NCBI GenBank assembly: GCA_903901345.1
Contig: CAIUQQ010000330.1
Location: 1 to 55,110, forward strand
DNA length: 55,110 nt
Origin: an uncultured Bacteroidota bacterium
Lineage (GTDB): Bacteria; Bacteroidota; Bacteroidia; UKL13-3
Direction of reading: 5' to 3'
In this document: positions 1 to 10,584 of the stretch, piece by piece
Numbering within the stretch: the first letter of the stretch is position 1
How the letters are laid out: the number at the start of each line of letters is the position of its first letter
Program-made: the position numbers and the translations under genes
Notes under the pieces: generated by a model
Database searches by the model: none
Told to the model about the DNA's origin: nothing
Seen by the model: only the letters and a program-made list of their open reading frames with translations

Positions 1-133
1 AAATGGTTTACCCACTTAACTTCCCCTACTTTTCTCATGCAATAATATCAATTTTTATTTTATTATTGAAAAAGGTTTTTTTAAAATAATAATTGTTTCG
101 TAATTTCTCTATTAAAATTTAAAACAAATAAAT

Positions 134-2545
134 ATGTATTTTAGGTTTATTACTTTATTTCTTTTGTTTGTTTCAGCAAATAATTTGTATTCACAATGTA
201 TTAGCTGCACTTCAACAGATTCAATAAATTTGGGTTTAGTTTGGTGTCATAATTTTACTGGAAATATAAACGATGAAACTGGAAATGGATATGATGGATC
301 TTACAATAATGGTGTTACTTTTATAAGTGATAGATTTGGGAATTCAAATGCTGCAGTTTCTTTTAATGGAAGTTCAACTAGTTATATAGAAATCAGCAAG
401 CTTTTACCCAATATGACCTCTTTTTCTATAAGTTTTTGGGTAAAACAAAATTCAGTGGCCATAACAGGCGGATTGTTTTGGGAAGGAAACAGTACTTGCG
501 GTGAAGATGTTTATATTGATGCTGGAAGCCAGCAAATTACAGCAAGTAAGCAAGCATCTACTTTAGTTAATTCTAGTGTGAGCTTATCTGTTCCCTCTTC
601 TGGTTGGACACATTTTGTTTGGACTGCAAGTCCAATTCAAACCAAATTTTATAAAAATGGTGTATTAGTAAATACAATAAATAAAACGGCAAGTTGGGTT
701 GGTAACCACTATAAACCTACTTATGGATGTTGGAATGATGGAAATATTGGCTCTTGTGGTTTTCCAAAATCTAATTTTTATATTGGTTCTTTAGATGAAG
801 TAAGATTATATAATAGAGTTTTATCATCTGCGGAAGCGTTTAGTCTTTATAATTTAAACAGTCAAACAGTTAATATTAACGCAGGTCCAAACAAATCAAT
901 TTGTTTGGGCGATTCAGTTCAAATAAGTCCCAGTGCATCAACAGGTGCTACTTTTTTATGGTCACCTAATATATCTATCACCAATATAAATATTCTTTCT
1001 CCAAAAGTATATCCTGTTTCCAATCAAACTTATATAGTAAAAGCCAAATTGGGAAACTGCATTAGTTATGACACGATTGATGTTTTGGTTACAAATATTA
1101 TTTCAAATGCTGGTTCAGATAAATATTTGTGTAAAGGAAATTCGGTTTTATTAGATGGTTTTGAAACTTTAGGAGCAACTTATTTGTGGTCACCAAACAC
1201 AAATATTAGTAATATTAATATTGCTAAACCAACGGTATTTCCATTAGTTGATCAAACCTATTTTTTAAAAACTAGTTTGAATGGCTGTTCCAAAACAGAT
1301 TCTGTAATTGTTTCTGTATCTAGGTCATTTTCTTATGCAGGTGAAGACAAATCAGTTTGCTTTGGAGATTCAATACAATTAAATGGTCGATATTTGGGTT
1401 CTTCATTTGCATGGATTAACAGTAGCGCTATAAAAGATACTAGCATTATTAATCCTTGGGTTAAGCCAATTAGTAATGAAGAATTTGTATTAACTGTTGT
1501 TTCAGACTTTGGTTGTATTTTATACGATACAGTAAAAATAACGGTAATAAACAATATTCAATGTGATGCAGGTAATGATATTTTAAAATGTTTAAAAGAC
1601 ACTGTAGTTTTAAACGGAAAAAGCAATTCAACAATTGCTTATTGGTCACCAAATAACTTTATAGAAGACAGCATTAAACTTACAACAAAAACTTGGACGC
1701 CAACCGCTATTTCTTATGTTTTAAATTGTAGTATTGGAGCCAGTTGCTATGCATTTGACACTGTAAAAATCATTTTAAAAAAAGAACCAAAAATAATTTT
1801 AGATAGTGTGATTACAATTTGTGAAAATGCAGATTTTCAATTAAATTTAAACTATACAAATGCTAATTGGTTTTTATGGTTTCCTTCCTTAGGAGTTAGC
1901 AATATAAGTGTTTCAAATCCTTTTTTTAAATTGAATAAACCCACCAAATATATTGTTTCAATAAAAGATTCTATCGAAAATTGTCAAGTTAATGCTCAAT
2001 TACTAATCAATACTTCAAAACCCATTGCCAACTTTGTTGCCTCTCCATTATTTGGAAAAGTGCCTTTTAATGTCAATACTATCAATAAAAGTATTGGGGC
2101 TAAAAAATCAATTTGGATTTTTGAAGGAACTAAAACCGATACTAATTACAGTAATATAACCTATTTGTATTCAGACACAGGAAGAACAAATATTGTATTA
2201 ATAGTGTTCGATTCTATTGGTTGTTCTGACACAATAACAAAAGAAATTTTATCATATGACGGAGGTAATTTGTTTATTCCAAATGTGTTTACACCCAACA
2301 ATGATGAAAACAATAATTTATTTGAACCTATATATAACAAAATATTTTTTGTAAAGTTAAACATGCAAATTTATAATAGATGGGGGCAACAATTATATGA
2401 AGCAAATATTCCCAATGGTAAGTGGTGGGATGGAACTTTTAACAATGATTTTTGTCCCGATGGAGTTTATTTTTACTTGCTAAACACTACAAATATAATT
2501 GGCGAACAAAAACAATATCATGGAACTGTAACTTTGCTGAGGTAA
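134..2545 (+). CDS. Secreted LamG-like jellyroll / PKD protein with gliding-motility-associated C-terminal (CHU_C, T9SS type B) domain
   Basis: Signal peptide; DRFGN...F and GSLDEVRLYNRVLS LamG motifs; repeated AG-D-x-IC-GDSV units; C-terminal IPNVFTPN-N...IYNRWG...WDG...DGVYFY...GTVTLLR. Confidence 0.9.
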   Translation: MYFRFITLFLLFVSANNLYSQCISCTSTDSINLGLVWCHNFTGNINDETGNGYDGSYNNGVTFISDRFGNSNAAVSFNGSSTSYIEISKLLPNMTSFSISFWVKQNSVAITGGLFWEGNSTCGEDVYIDAGSQQITASKQASTLVNSSVSLSVPSSGWTHFVWTASPIQTKFYKNGVLVNTINKTASWVGNHYKPTYGCWNDGNIGSCGFPKSNFYIGSLDEVRLYNRVLSSAEAFSLYNLNSQTVNINAGPNKSICLGDSVQISPSASTGATFLWSPNISITNINILSPKVYPVSNQTYIVKAKLGNCISYDTIDVLVTNIISNAGSDKYLCKGNSVLLDGFETLGATYLWSPNTNISNINIAKPTVFPLVDQTYFLKTSLNGCSKTDSVIVSVSRSFSYAGEDKSVCFGDSIQLNGRYLGSSFAWINSSAIKDTSIINPWVKPISNEEFVLTVVSDFGCILYDTVKITVINNIQCDAGNDILKCLKDTVVLNGKSNSTIAYWSPNNFIEDSIKLTTKTWTPTAISYVLNCSIGASCYAFDTVKIILKKEPKIILDSVITICENADFQLNLNYTNANWFLWFPSLGVSNISVSNPFFKLNKPTKYIVSIKDSIENCQVNAQLLINTSKPIANFVASPLFGKVPFNVNTINKSIGAKKSIWIFEGTKTDTNYSNITYLYSDTGRTNIVLIVFDSIGCSDTITKEILSYDGGNLFIPNVFTPNNDENNNLFEPIYNKIFFVKLNMQIYNRWGQQLYEANIPNGKWWDGTFNNDFCPDGVYFYLLNTTNIIGEQKQYHGTVTLLR

Positions 2546-2608
2546 AAACTAAAAAAAAAGCTAAGAATTGTAAGCTATTTAGGAACAATAAATTTGATGT
2601 TTCTCAAA

Positions 2609-4996
2609 TTATCTTAACAAAGTTACAGTGCCATGATATTTAAAAACTTCATTGGTTATTGTTTCCATTTCAAAAAGGTAATAGTAAACACCATCTGAAC
2701 AAGGATTTCCTTTATAAGTTCCGTCCCATCCATTATTATCAGGATTTGTAAATTCGTAAACTAAACCTCCCCATCTGTTCCAAATAGTTCCTTTAAAATG
2801 TTTTATTTGGCTAGTATCAGAATTTACAATATTAAATAATTCGTTTAAATTATCCCCGTTTGGAGTAAACACATTTGGAATACTAATTATTAAATCATCG
2901 TAAACTGTTATTTCATTAAAGGCAGAATCTTTACAACCAATAGCGTCTGTAACCAATAGTTTTACATTGTATTTACCAGCTTTTGTAAATATGGTTTTTG
3001 GGTTCAATAAATTGGAATTTTCTGTATTTCCAAAAGTCCAAAAACTATTTATATTTACAGGTAAACTATTGTTTTTAAATAAAATAGTTAATGGTGAATG
3101 GCCACTAGAAGTTGAAACTGTAAAATTTGCTTTTGGTTTACTAACGTTTATATTTAACGTATCATTTACAAAACAATTTGTTTGTGAATTTTCAGCTTTA
3201 ACTATGTATTTGATGTTATTATTGGGTTTAATAGTTGGATTTTTAAGGGAATTATTGTCCAAAAATTGAGCGGGATTCCAAGTAAATTTATCAGCATTAG
3301 AGGTAGCATTTACCAAATAAGTTTCTCCAATGCATATTGTTTTATCTAATCCCAAATCAAGAGTAGGAATTTCATTTACAGTAATAATAATTGTATCTTC
3401 TGAAGTGCAAATTCCAGCAACAGATTTTAAAATATATTGAGTAGTTGTTTTAGGACTTGCATAAGGATTTGGCACATTATTTTGACTTAGGCCAATACTT
3501 GGATTCCATGTAAAAGAATTTCCTCCTGTACCAAATAATTGAACACTGTCATTTTTGCACAAACTAACGTCTTTACCTGCATTAGTAATTAAAGTATTGG
3601 TAATAAAAACTTCTACAGAATCTAGTTTTTGTTTACAAGCACCATTGCTTACTAAAACATAATATTTGGTGTTAATTAAAGGCTTTGCAATCGGATTATA
3701 AACACTTGTATCGTTTAGTGAATTATTACTTAACCACTCATATTTGGTGCCACCACTTGCATTTAATTGTACACTATCGCCAACACAAATACTTTGATCT
3801 AAGCCAGCATCTGGTGTAATTGTTACTATGTTTATACTTATTGTGTCTTTGTTAGAACAAGTTCCAATAAATCCGGTTACTATAAACGAAACATTGGTGA
3901 TTGGCTTGGCTATTGGATTAAAAATGGTATCATTATTTAAAAATACGCCATTATTCCATAAATATTTATTTGCACCAGAAACACTTAATTGTACACTATC
4001 ACCTTTGCAAATAGTAGTTAAGCCTGTTGCAATTACAATAGGTTTTGGAGTTATATTTACCCTAACCGTATCTTTATCTTCGCACAGCCCATCGGTAACA
4101 GTTAAAATATAATCACGGGTAATGTTAGTTCTTGTAAATGGATTTAAAATGGTATCATTACTTAAAAATTGTGGGTTATTCCAATTTAATTTTGGCCCTC
4201 CAGCACCAGTTAACTGAACACTATCGCCAATACAAATATTTTTATCAATACCTGCATTAGCATTTAAAGTAGATTGATAATTATATAAACTAACTACTTC
4301 GCTGTACGACAAAACCCTGTTGTAAATTCTTATGTCATCAATTTTCCCTGTATAGTAATCTGTAAATCCAGGATCGTCCTTGCCAATATAAAGTGGATTG
4401 TTGGTGCTTAATGAAAATGGAGATGGACTAGAATTTTGGCCAATTAAAACACCGTTTTTATAATAACTTAAAGTGTTTCCATTCATTGTAACCACAAAAA
4501 AATCCCATTGATTTAAACCATTTGTTCCAATAAAATAATCCCAAATTTTGTTATTTATAATTCCAGAAATTCCTGTACCTATTAAAGAAACCCTATAGTT
4601 ACAAGTTGTGGCAGAATTTGATTTACTTAAAATAGATCCGTAATTAACACCAAACCAAGTAGACCAAGAAGTTGTATATGCCCAAAAAGCAATGGTGCTG
4701 CTTGTAGTTGGCGTTGATAAACTTACCGAATTTGGAACATAAATATAAGTACTTCCATTAAAATAATAAGCCGAATTAGGATTTCCAAATCTATCAGTAG
4801 TTAATATTGCTCCATTGTTAGTTCCGTGGTTACTAAATCCTGATTGATCCTGCGAATTTCCATTAAACGGATAACATGCTACAAGCCCATTGTTAATAGG
4901 ATTTGCTATTGCACAATGATTACAAACTACCTGAGAAAATAAATTTTCAGTTAAAATAATTAAAACTAATAATATTATTGAGTTTGATATTTTCAT
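2609..4996 (-). CDS. Paralogous LamG-like / PKD protein with CHU_C (T9SS type B) C-terminal domain
   Basis: Same architecture as 134..2545: DRFGNPNSAYYF, GKIDDIRIYNRVLS, PKD-like WTFG...GKYNVKLLVTD, IPNVFTPNGD...YHGTVTLLR. Confidence 0.9.
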   Translation of the reverse strand: MKISNSIILLVLIILTENLFSQVVCNHCAIANPINNGLVACYPFNGNSQDQSGFSNHGTNNGAILTTDRFGNPNSAYYFNGSTYIYVPNSVSLSTPTTSSTIAFWAYTTSWSTWFGVNYGSILSKSNSATTCNYRVSLIGTGISGIINNKIWDYFIGTNGLNQWDFFVVTMNGNTLSYYKNGVLIGQNSSPSPFSLSTNNPLYIGKDDPGFTDYYTGKIDDIRIYNRVLSYSEVVSLYNYQSTLNANAGIDKNICIGDSVQLTGAGGPKLNWNNPQFLSNDTILNPFTRTNITRDYILTVTDGLCEDKDTVRVNITPKPIVIATGLTTICKGDSVQLSVSGANKYLWNNGVFLNNDTIFNPIAKPITNVSFIVTGFIGTCSNKDTISINIVTITPDAGLDQSICVGDSVQLNASGGTKYEWLSNNSLNDTSVYNPIAKPLINTKYYVLVSNGACKQKLDSVEVFITNTLITNAGKDVSLCKNDSVQLFGTGGNSFTWNPSIGLSQNNVPNPYASPKTTTQYILKSVAGICTSEDTIIITVNEIPTLDLGLDKTICIGETYLVNATSNADKFTWNPAQFLDNNSLKNPTIKPNNNIKYIVKAENSQTNCFVNDTLNINVSKPKANFTVSTSSGHSPLTILFKNNSLPVNINSFWTFGNTENSNLLNPKTIFTKAGKYNVKLLVTDAIGCKDSAFNEITVYDDLIISIPNVFTPNGDNLNELFNIVNSDTSQIKHFKGTIWNRWGGLVYEFTNPDNNGWDGTYKGNPCSDGVYYYLFEMETITNEVFKYHGTVTLLR

Positions 4997-5058
4997 TTTA
5001 TATTTGAAAAAACTTGGACAATAATAAATTAAAAAAGAACATAAAAAAACATTAAAAT

Positions 5059-5634
5059 TTGAAAATTCTGCTACTCGACAATTACGATTCCTTTACTCAC
5101 ATGCTTAAAGATTATTTGGAGCAATGTGGTGCAAATTGTTTGTTGTTTAGGAACGATAAAATTACTATTGCTGAAATAACATTATTAACTTTTGATGCCA
5201 TTGTTATTTCACCTGGTCCAAAGGAGCCAAAAGATGCTGGCATTGTGATGGAGTTAATTGCGACATTTTACAAAACTAAGCCAATTTTTGGTGTTTGTTT
5301 GGGTCATCAAGCCATTGCCGAATTTTTTGGTGCTAGCTTAAATAAAGCAATATTGCCAAGGCACGGAAAAGTAGATTTAGTCATTCATTATGGTGATAAA
5401 ATGTTTCAAAATGTACCTGAAAAATTTGAAGCTACACGCTATCATTCTTTAGTAATAAATAATTTACCCAACGAATTAATTGCAACTGCCAGTTGCAATA
5501 ATGAATTAATGGCATTTAAGCATAAAAACTTACCCATTTGGGCAGTACAATTTCATCCGGAAAGTTGCCAAACATTTTATGGATTGCAAATAATTAGCAA
5601 TTTTGTATCAATGGTAAAAAATCAAATCCATTAA
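5059..5634 (+). CDS. Anthranilate/aminodeoxychorismate synthase component II (class I glutamine amidotransferase, TrpG/PabA family)
   Basis: LLDNYDSFT, ISPGP, GVCLGHQ, RYHSL, QFHPES motifs; TTG start; trpG vs pabA cannot be resolved. Confidence 0.92.
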   Translation: MKILLLDNYDSFTHMLKDYLEQCGANCLLFRNDKITIAEITLLTFDAIVISPGPKEPKDAGIVMELIATFYKTKPIFGVCLGHQAIAEFFGASLNKAILPRHGKVDLVIHYGDKMFQNVPEKFEATRYHSLVINNLPNELIATASCNNELMAFKHKNLPIWAVQFHPESCQTFYGLQIISNFVSMVKNQIH

Positions 5635-5682
5635 AACGCAGCTGTATTTTATTTTAAATATTGGAAAGCAAAAAAGTCTAAT

Positions 5683-5690
5683 TATATTTG
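5683..5690 (+). promoter_or_regulatory. Bacteroidota -7 promoter element for the CBS-nadK operon
   Basis: TATATTTG matches TAnnTTTG, 20 bp upstream of the ATG at 5711. Confidence 0.5.
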
Positions 5691-5710
5691 TTCTAAACCA
5701 TTGTTTTTAA

Positions 5711-6367
5711 ATGTTTGCATATCAATTAATAAGTAACGAAATATTTGCCCTTAAACCGAGTGATTCGGCTGCCAATGCTTTGGTATTTATGGAAGATTGG
5801 CAAGTAAAAGATTTGCCAATCGTTCAGAATTTAAAAGTTATTGGAATGGTAAATGAGCAAATTTTATTAAACAATGAAAACGAAAACTTAGTCAATGTTT
5901 TAAATCCAACGCCCATTTATTGTTTTGAAAACACGCATTTTTACGATGTTTTAAAAATCATTTTCAATTCAAATTTGAGTACTATTCCAGTTGTAGATGC
6001 TGAACAAAATTTTAAAGGAATTATTGCTGCTAAAGATTTAGCAAAGCTGCTTTATCAAAATAGTAGCTTAAATCAAGATGGTGGAATTATAGTTTTGCAA
6101 ATGAATGCTCACAACTATTCGTTGGCAGAAATAGCGAGAATTACAGAAGTGAATAATGCTAAAATATTATATGCTCATGTGTTTCCTTTGGCCGATGAAA
6201 ACAACAATGTTCAGGTTTCGTTAAAATATAATATTATTGATTTAAAGTACATCATTGCTACTTTTGAAAGATTTAATTATCAAATTATTTTTAGCACACC
6301 AAATTTAAATGAAGACGATTCCACCAACAAAAAGTTTGATTGGTTAATGAAGTATTTGAATACATAA
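5711..6367 (+). CDS. CBS domain-containing protein
   Basis: Tandem CBS-like segments (LPIV...IGMV; IPVVD...FKGII); adjacent to nadK. Confidence 0.85.
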   Translation: MFAYQLISNEIFALKPSDSAANALVFMEDWQVKDLPIVQNLKVIGMVNEQILLNNENENLVNVLNPTPIYCFENTHFYDVLKIIFNSNLSTIPVVDAEQNFKGIIAAKDLAKLLYQNSSLNQDGGIIVLQMNAHNYSLAEIARITEVNNAKILYAHVFPLADENNNVQVSLKYNIIDLKYIIATFERFNYQIIFSTPNLNEDDSTNKKFDWLMKYLNT

Positions 6368-6372
6368 AAACG

Positions 6373-7272
6373 ATGAATTTAGCCATTTTTGGTAGATATT
6401 TTAAAGAAGAACGCTATACCGAACTTCAACAGTTTTTCAATTATTTAGAAAACAGCGATATTACTTTTTCTGTTTACCGAAAGTTTTTGGAAGATGGATT
6501 AAGAAACGGGCTAAATGTGTCGCCTAAAACCAAAACTTTTGATACTTATAAAGACTTTACAAAAACAGATTATGATTTTGTAGTAAGCATTGGTGGCGAT
6601 GGAACTATCCTAATGTGTTTGGAGTTTGTAAGGGAAAAAGAAACACCAATTATTGGTATCAATACCGGAAGATTAGGTTTTTTGGCTGGGGTTTCAGCAG
6701 GTGATGCCATTAATATGGTTGAAGAATTAAAAAAAGGCAGCTACAGCATTGATTCAAGAACAGTTTTAAAGTTAGATAGCAATAAACCAAATATGTTTGG
6801 TGGTGTAAAATATGCCTTGAACGATTTTGTAATTCACAAAAAAGACAGTTCAAGTATGATTACCATTCACACTTTTATCAATGGCGAATTTTTAAATTCT
6901 TATTGGAGCGATGGATTAATTGTTTCTACTCCAACTGGTTCTACCGGTTATAATTTAAGTTGTGGCGGTCCAATTTTATATCCTTCCTCTGCCAGTTTTG
7001 TAATTACTCCCATTGCACCGCATAACTTAAACGTGCGTCCAATTATTATTTCTGACAATAATGTAATTTCATTTCAAGTAGAAGGCCGTAGCACTTCGTT
7101 TTTAGCTACTTTAGATTCCCGTTCTGAAAGCATAGAATCAGATTCGGAATTAGCAGTTAGCAAAGCAAATTTTAAAATGAATTTGGTTCGGTTAAACAAT
7201 GAAAATTATTTAAAAACCCTTCGAGAAAAACTAATGTGGGGAATTGACAATAGAAATTTTAGAAATAGTTAA
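6373..7272 (+). CDS. nadK: NAD kinase
   Basis: GGDGT, GINTGRLGFL, ALND, DGLIVSTPTGSTGYNLSCGGP; ATG at 6373 preferred over the overlapping TTG at 6340. Confidence 0.95.
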   Translation: MNLAIFGRYFKEERYTELQQFFNYLENSDITFSVYRKFLEDGLRNGLNVSPKTKTFDTYKDFTKTDYDFVVSIGGDGTILMCLEFVREKETPIIGINTGRLGFLAGVSAGDAINMVEELKKGSYSIDSRTVLKLDSNKPNMFGGVKYALNDFVIHKKDSSSMITIHTFINGEFLNSYWSDGLIVSTPTGSTGYNLSCGGPILYPSSASFVITPIAPHNLNVRPIIISDNNVISFQVEGRSTSFLATLDSRSESIESDSELAVSKANFKMNLVRLNNENYLKTLREKLMWGIDNRNFRNS

Positions 7273-7312
7273 AAAAAAAGATGCGGTAAAATTAATTACC
7301 GCATCTTTTTTT
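7272..7312. terminator. Bidirectional intrinsic terminator between nadK and guaB
   Basis: A-run + AGATGCGGTAA-loop-TTACCGCATCT + T-run between convergent genes. Confidence 0.88.
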
Positions 7313-7324
7313 GTTTTATATAAA

Positions 7325-8797
7325 TTAGTTCCTTGAATAGTTAGGAGCTTCTTTAGTAATTCTTACATCGTGTGCATGGCTTTCTTTTGCACCTGCAGAA
7401 GTTATTTTTACAAATTTTGCTTGCTGTAAATCAGCAATTGTTGCTGCTCCGCAATAACCCATTCCGGCTTTTAAACCTCCTACAAATTGGTAAACTACTT
7501 CTTTTAAAGTTCCTTTAAACGGTACAATTCCAACAATTCCTTCAGGAACTAATTTAGCAATTTCGTCTTCAGCATCTTGAAAATAACGGTCTTTACTTCC
7601 TTCTTTCATGGCTTCAATACTTCCCATTCCGCGATACGATTTGAATTTACGTCCTTCATAAATTACTGTTTCTCCCGGACTTTCTTCCACGCCAGCAAAA
7701 ATAGAACCCGACATAATAGAACTTGCACCAGCAGCTATGGCTTTTACCAAATCGCCACTGTATCTAATTCCACCATCGGCTATAATTGGAACACCGCTTC
7801 CCGCTATTGCTTTAGCACTTTCATAAACAGCTGTTAACTGAGGAACGCCAATTCCAGCAATAATTCTTGTGGTACAAATAGAACCTGGTCCTACACCCAC
7901 TTTAACAGCATCAACACCGGCATCTACTAAAGCTTTTGCACCGCTTCCTGTAGCTACATTTCCTGCAATGATATCAATGTTTGAAAATATTTTTTTTATG
8001 CGGGCTACTTCATTTAAAACGCCTCGAGAATGGCCGTGTGCAGTGTCTATTATTACTACATCTACACCAGATTTTACCAAAGCATGAATTCTTTCTTCAG
8101 TATCTGCTGTTACTCCAACTGCAGCTCCTGAAAGTAATCGGCCATGTTTATCTTTACATGCAAATGGATGTGCTTTTACGTTTAAAATATCTTTGTAAGT
8201 AATTAATCCTTTTAGAAAATTATCTTTATCAATTACTGGTAATTTTTCAATTTTATATTGCTGTAAAATTAGTTCTGCTTGCTTAAGGTCAGTTCCTTCT
8301 GGCGCAGTAATAATTTTATCTTTGGTCATAATATCACTTACGCATTTGTTCATGTCTGTTTCAAATCGTAAATCTCTGTTAGTTAAAATACCAACTAATT
8401 TACCATTGTCGTTAATAATTGGAATGCCACCAATTTTATTTTCAGTCATTAATTTAAGCGCATCGCGTAAAGTTGCAGAATCGTGAAGCGTAACAGGATC
8501 TATTATTAATCCACTTTCGCTACGTTTTACTTTTCTAACTTCAGCAGCATGGCGTTCTATACTCATGTTTTTATGAATAATGCCAATTCCACCTTCTTGC
8601 GCCATAGCAATAGCTAATTTGCTTTCGGTAACAGTGTCCATTGCTGCAGTAACAATTGGAATTTTTATTTGAATATTTCTAGAAAGTTGTGTAGTAGTAT
8701 TTACCTCGCGGGGCAATATTTCAGAATATGCGGGTAAAACTAAAACGTCATCGTAGGTTAAACCTTCGGTGTAAAATTTATCAGATTGGTTAAGCAT
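7325..8797 (-). CDS. guaB: IMP dehydrogenase
   Basis: [18 protein letters not shown] pair, [30 protein letters not shown]. Confidence 0.98.
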   Translation of the reverse strand: MLNQSDKFYTEGLTYDDVLVLPAYSEILPREVNTTTQLSRNIQIKIPIVTAAMDTVTESKLAIAMAQEGGIGIIHKNMSIERHAAEVRKVKRSESGLIIDPVTLHDSATLRDALKLMTENKIGGIPIINDNGKLVGILTNRDLRFETDMNKCVSDIMTKDKIITAPEGTDLKQAELILQQYKIEKLPVIDKDNFLKGLITYKDILNVKAHPFACKDKHGRLLSGAAVGVTADTEERIHALVKSGVDVVIIDTAHGHSRGVLNEVARIKKIFSNIDIIAGNVATGSGAKALVDAGVDAVKVGVGPGSICTTRIIAGIGVPQLTAVYESAKAIAGSGVPIIADGGIRYSGDLVKAIAAGASSIMSGSIFAGVEESPGETVIYEGRKFKSYRGMGSIEAMKEGSKDRYFQDAEDEIAKLVPEGIVGIVPFKGTLKEVVYQFVGGLKAGMGYCGAATIADLQQAKFVKITSAGAKESHAHDVRITKEAPNYSRN

Positions 8798-8920
8798 GGC
8801 AAATAAGATTACGGGTGTTTATTTGCGGTGCAAGTTTAGGCTTCTAAGTTCGATTATTTTAAAAAAAAGGGAATTATTTTCTTCTTTTCATTAAAAATCA
8901 TAAAAAAGCCCCAATTAGAA

Positions 8921-9751
8921 TTATACCAAAACCGTTTGAGTTGCTTCTATTTTTACCAATTTTTGTCGGTATAAAATACCAATGGCTTTCTTAAAAGTTT
9001 TCTTACTCATGCCTAGCAATCGCTTAATATCGTCTGGATCGCTATTGTCGTGAAGTGCTATCACGCCATTGTGTTTTTTCAAATAATCCAATATTAATTG
9101 TGAGTTGATGTCAACGTTTTCAAATCCAATTTTCTGTAAACTTAAATCTATTAAGTTTCCTTCTTTAATTTGCTTCACGTAACCTTTTAAACTATCGCCA
9201 ACTTTTATAGGGGAGTAAATTTCGTTTTTGTAAATTAAACCCTTGTATTTGTTATTAATAATGGCAAAATATCCCAAATCAAAATCTTCAAAAATTAATA
9301 AATCTACTTCCTCATTTGCTTTTAAATCGCAATCAGTATTGTCCAAATATCGGTTTAATTTTGTGGTAGCCACCAATCGGTCGGAAGTTTCATCTAAAAA
9401 CAAATAAACTACATAACTTTTGTGGTCATACATTTTAGTAGCTTGTTCTTTAAATGGAACCAACAAATCTTTGTCTAATCCCCAATCCATAAAAGCACCA
9501 AACGAAGCGGCATCCACTACTTTAAGTGCAGCAAAACTATTGATTGTAATTTTGGGTGTTTGTGTTGTTGCTATTATTTTATCTTCAGAATCGTTGTAAA
9601 CAAAAACATCAACTACATCTTTCAGTTGTAAATTATCTGGAGCGTATTTAAAAGGTAAAAATACTTCCTCTCCCGATGTATCAATAAGGAAAAATCCCAT
9701 TGCGCTGCCTCTATTTACCAATAAATTATTTACTTCTCCTAATTTGATCAT
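8921..9751 (-). CDS. CvfB/YitL-family S1 RNA-binding protein
   Basis: FGAFMDWGLDKDLLVPFKEQ; C-terminal winged-helix-like GMSKKTFKKAIGILY. Confidence 0.88.
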   Translation of the reverse strand: MIKLGEVNNLLVNRGSAMGFFLIDTSGEEVFLPFKYAPDNLQLKDVVDVFVYNDSEDKIIATTQTPKITINSFAALKVVDAASFGAFMDWGLDKDLLVPFKEQATKMYDHKSYVVYLFLDETSDRLVATTKLNRYLDNTDCDLKANEEVDLLIFEDFDLGYFAIINNKYKGLIYKNEIYSPIKVGDSLKGYVKQIKEGNLIDLSLQKIGFENVDINSQLILDYLKKHNGVIALHDNSDPDDIKRLLGMSKKTFKKAIGILYRQKLVKIEATQTVLV

Positions 9752-9857
9752 TTTGCTTGTTTTTAAAAATATTTTTCAAAACTATTTAAAATTATACAGC
9801 CTACTTCATTTTATTTAGTAAAATTGTAAACAATATTAATCCCAAAAGCTAAAAATT

Positions 9858-10574
9858 TTGACGAAGTTAAGTGTAAATATCAACAAGTTTGCTACCATTA
9901 GAAATGCTCGTGGCGGTAATAATCCAAATTTGGTTCAAGTAGCCATCGACTGTCAAAACTTTGGTGCTGATGGAATTACTGTTCATCCTCGACCCGATGA
10001 ACGCCATATTCGATATGCCGATGTGTTTGATTTAAAGCAAATAATTACCACCGAATTTAATATTGAAGGAAATCCTTTGGAAGACAAATTTGTGCAATTG
10101 GTGTTAGACAGTAAGCCAACTCAAGTAACTTTAGTTCCCGATTCTTTGAATCAAATTACCAGTAATCATGGTTGGGATACTTTAAAAAATCACCAGTTTT
10201 TGTCTGATATTATCAAAGTTTTTAAAAACGAAGGTATCAGAACTTCCATTTTTGTAGATGCAAATTTAGAAATGATAGAAGGAGCAAAATTAACGGGAAC
10301 CGATAGAATAGAACTTTATACCGAAAATTTTGCGCAGCATTTTCAAACCGATAAAGAAAATATAATTAAACCCTATACAATGGCTGCCATTCGCGCACAT
10401 GAACTAGGAATGGGAATAAATGCTGGCCACGATTTAGATTTGGAAAACTTACATTTTTTTAATCAAAATATTTCAAATTTGGCCGAAGTTTCTATTGGTC
10501 ATGCTTTGGTTTGCGATGCCATTTATTTAGGTTTGCATAACACCATTCAACTATATAAAAATAAATTAAAATAA
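9858..10574 (+). CDS. pdxJ: Pyridoxine 5'-phosphate synthase
   Basis: LSVNINKFATIRNARG, GITVHPRPDERHI, NAGHDL, EVSIGHAL. Confidence 0.96.
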   Translation: MTKLSVNINKFATIRNARGGNNPNLVQVAIDCQNFGADGITVHPRPDERHIRYADVFDLKQIITTEFNIEGNPLEDKFVQLVLDSKPTQVTLVPDSLNQITSNHGWDTLKNHQFLSDIIKVFKNEGIRTSIFVDANLEMIEGAKLTGTDRIELYTENFAQHFQTDKENIIKPYTMAAIRAHELGMGINAGHDLDLENLHFFNQNISNLAEVSIGHALVCDAIYLGLHNTIQLYKNKLK

Positions 10575-10584
10575 ACGAAAATTG

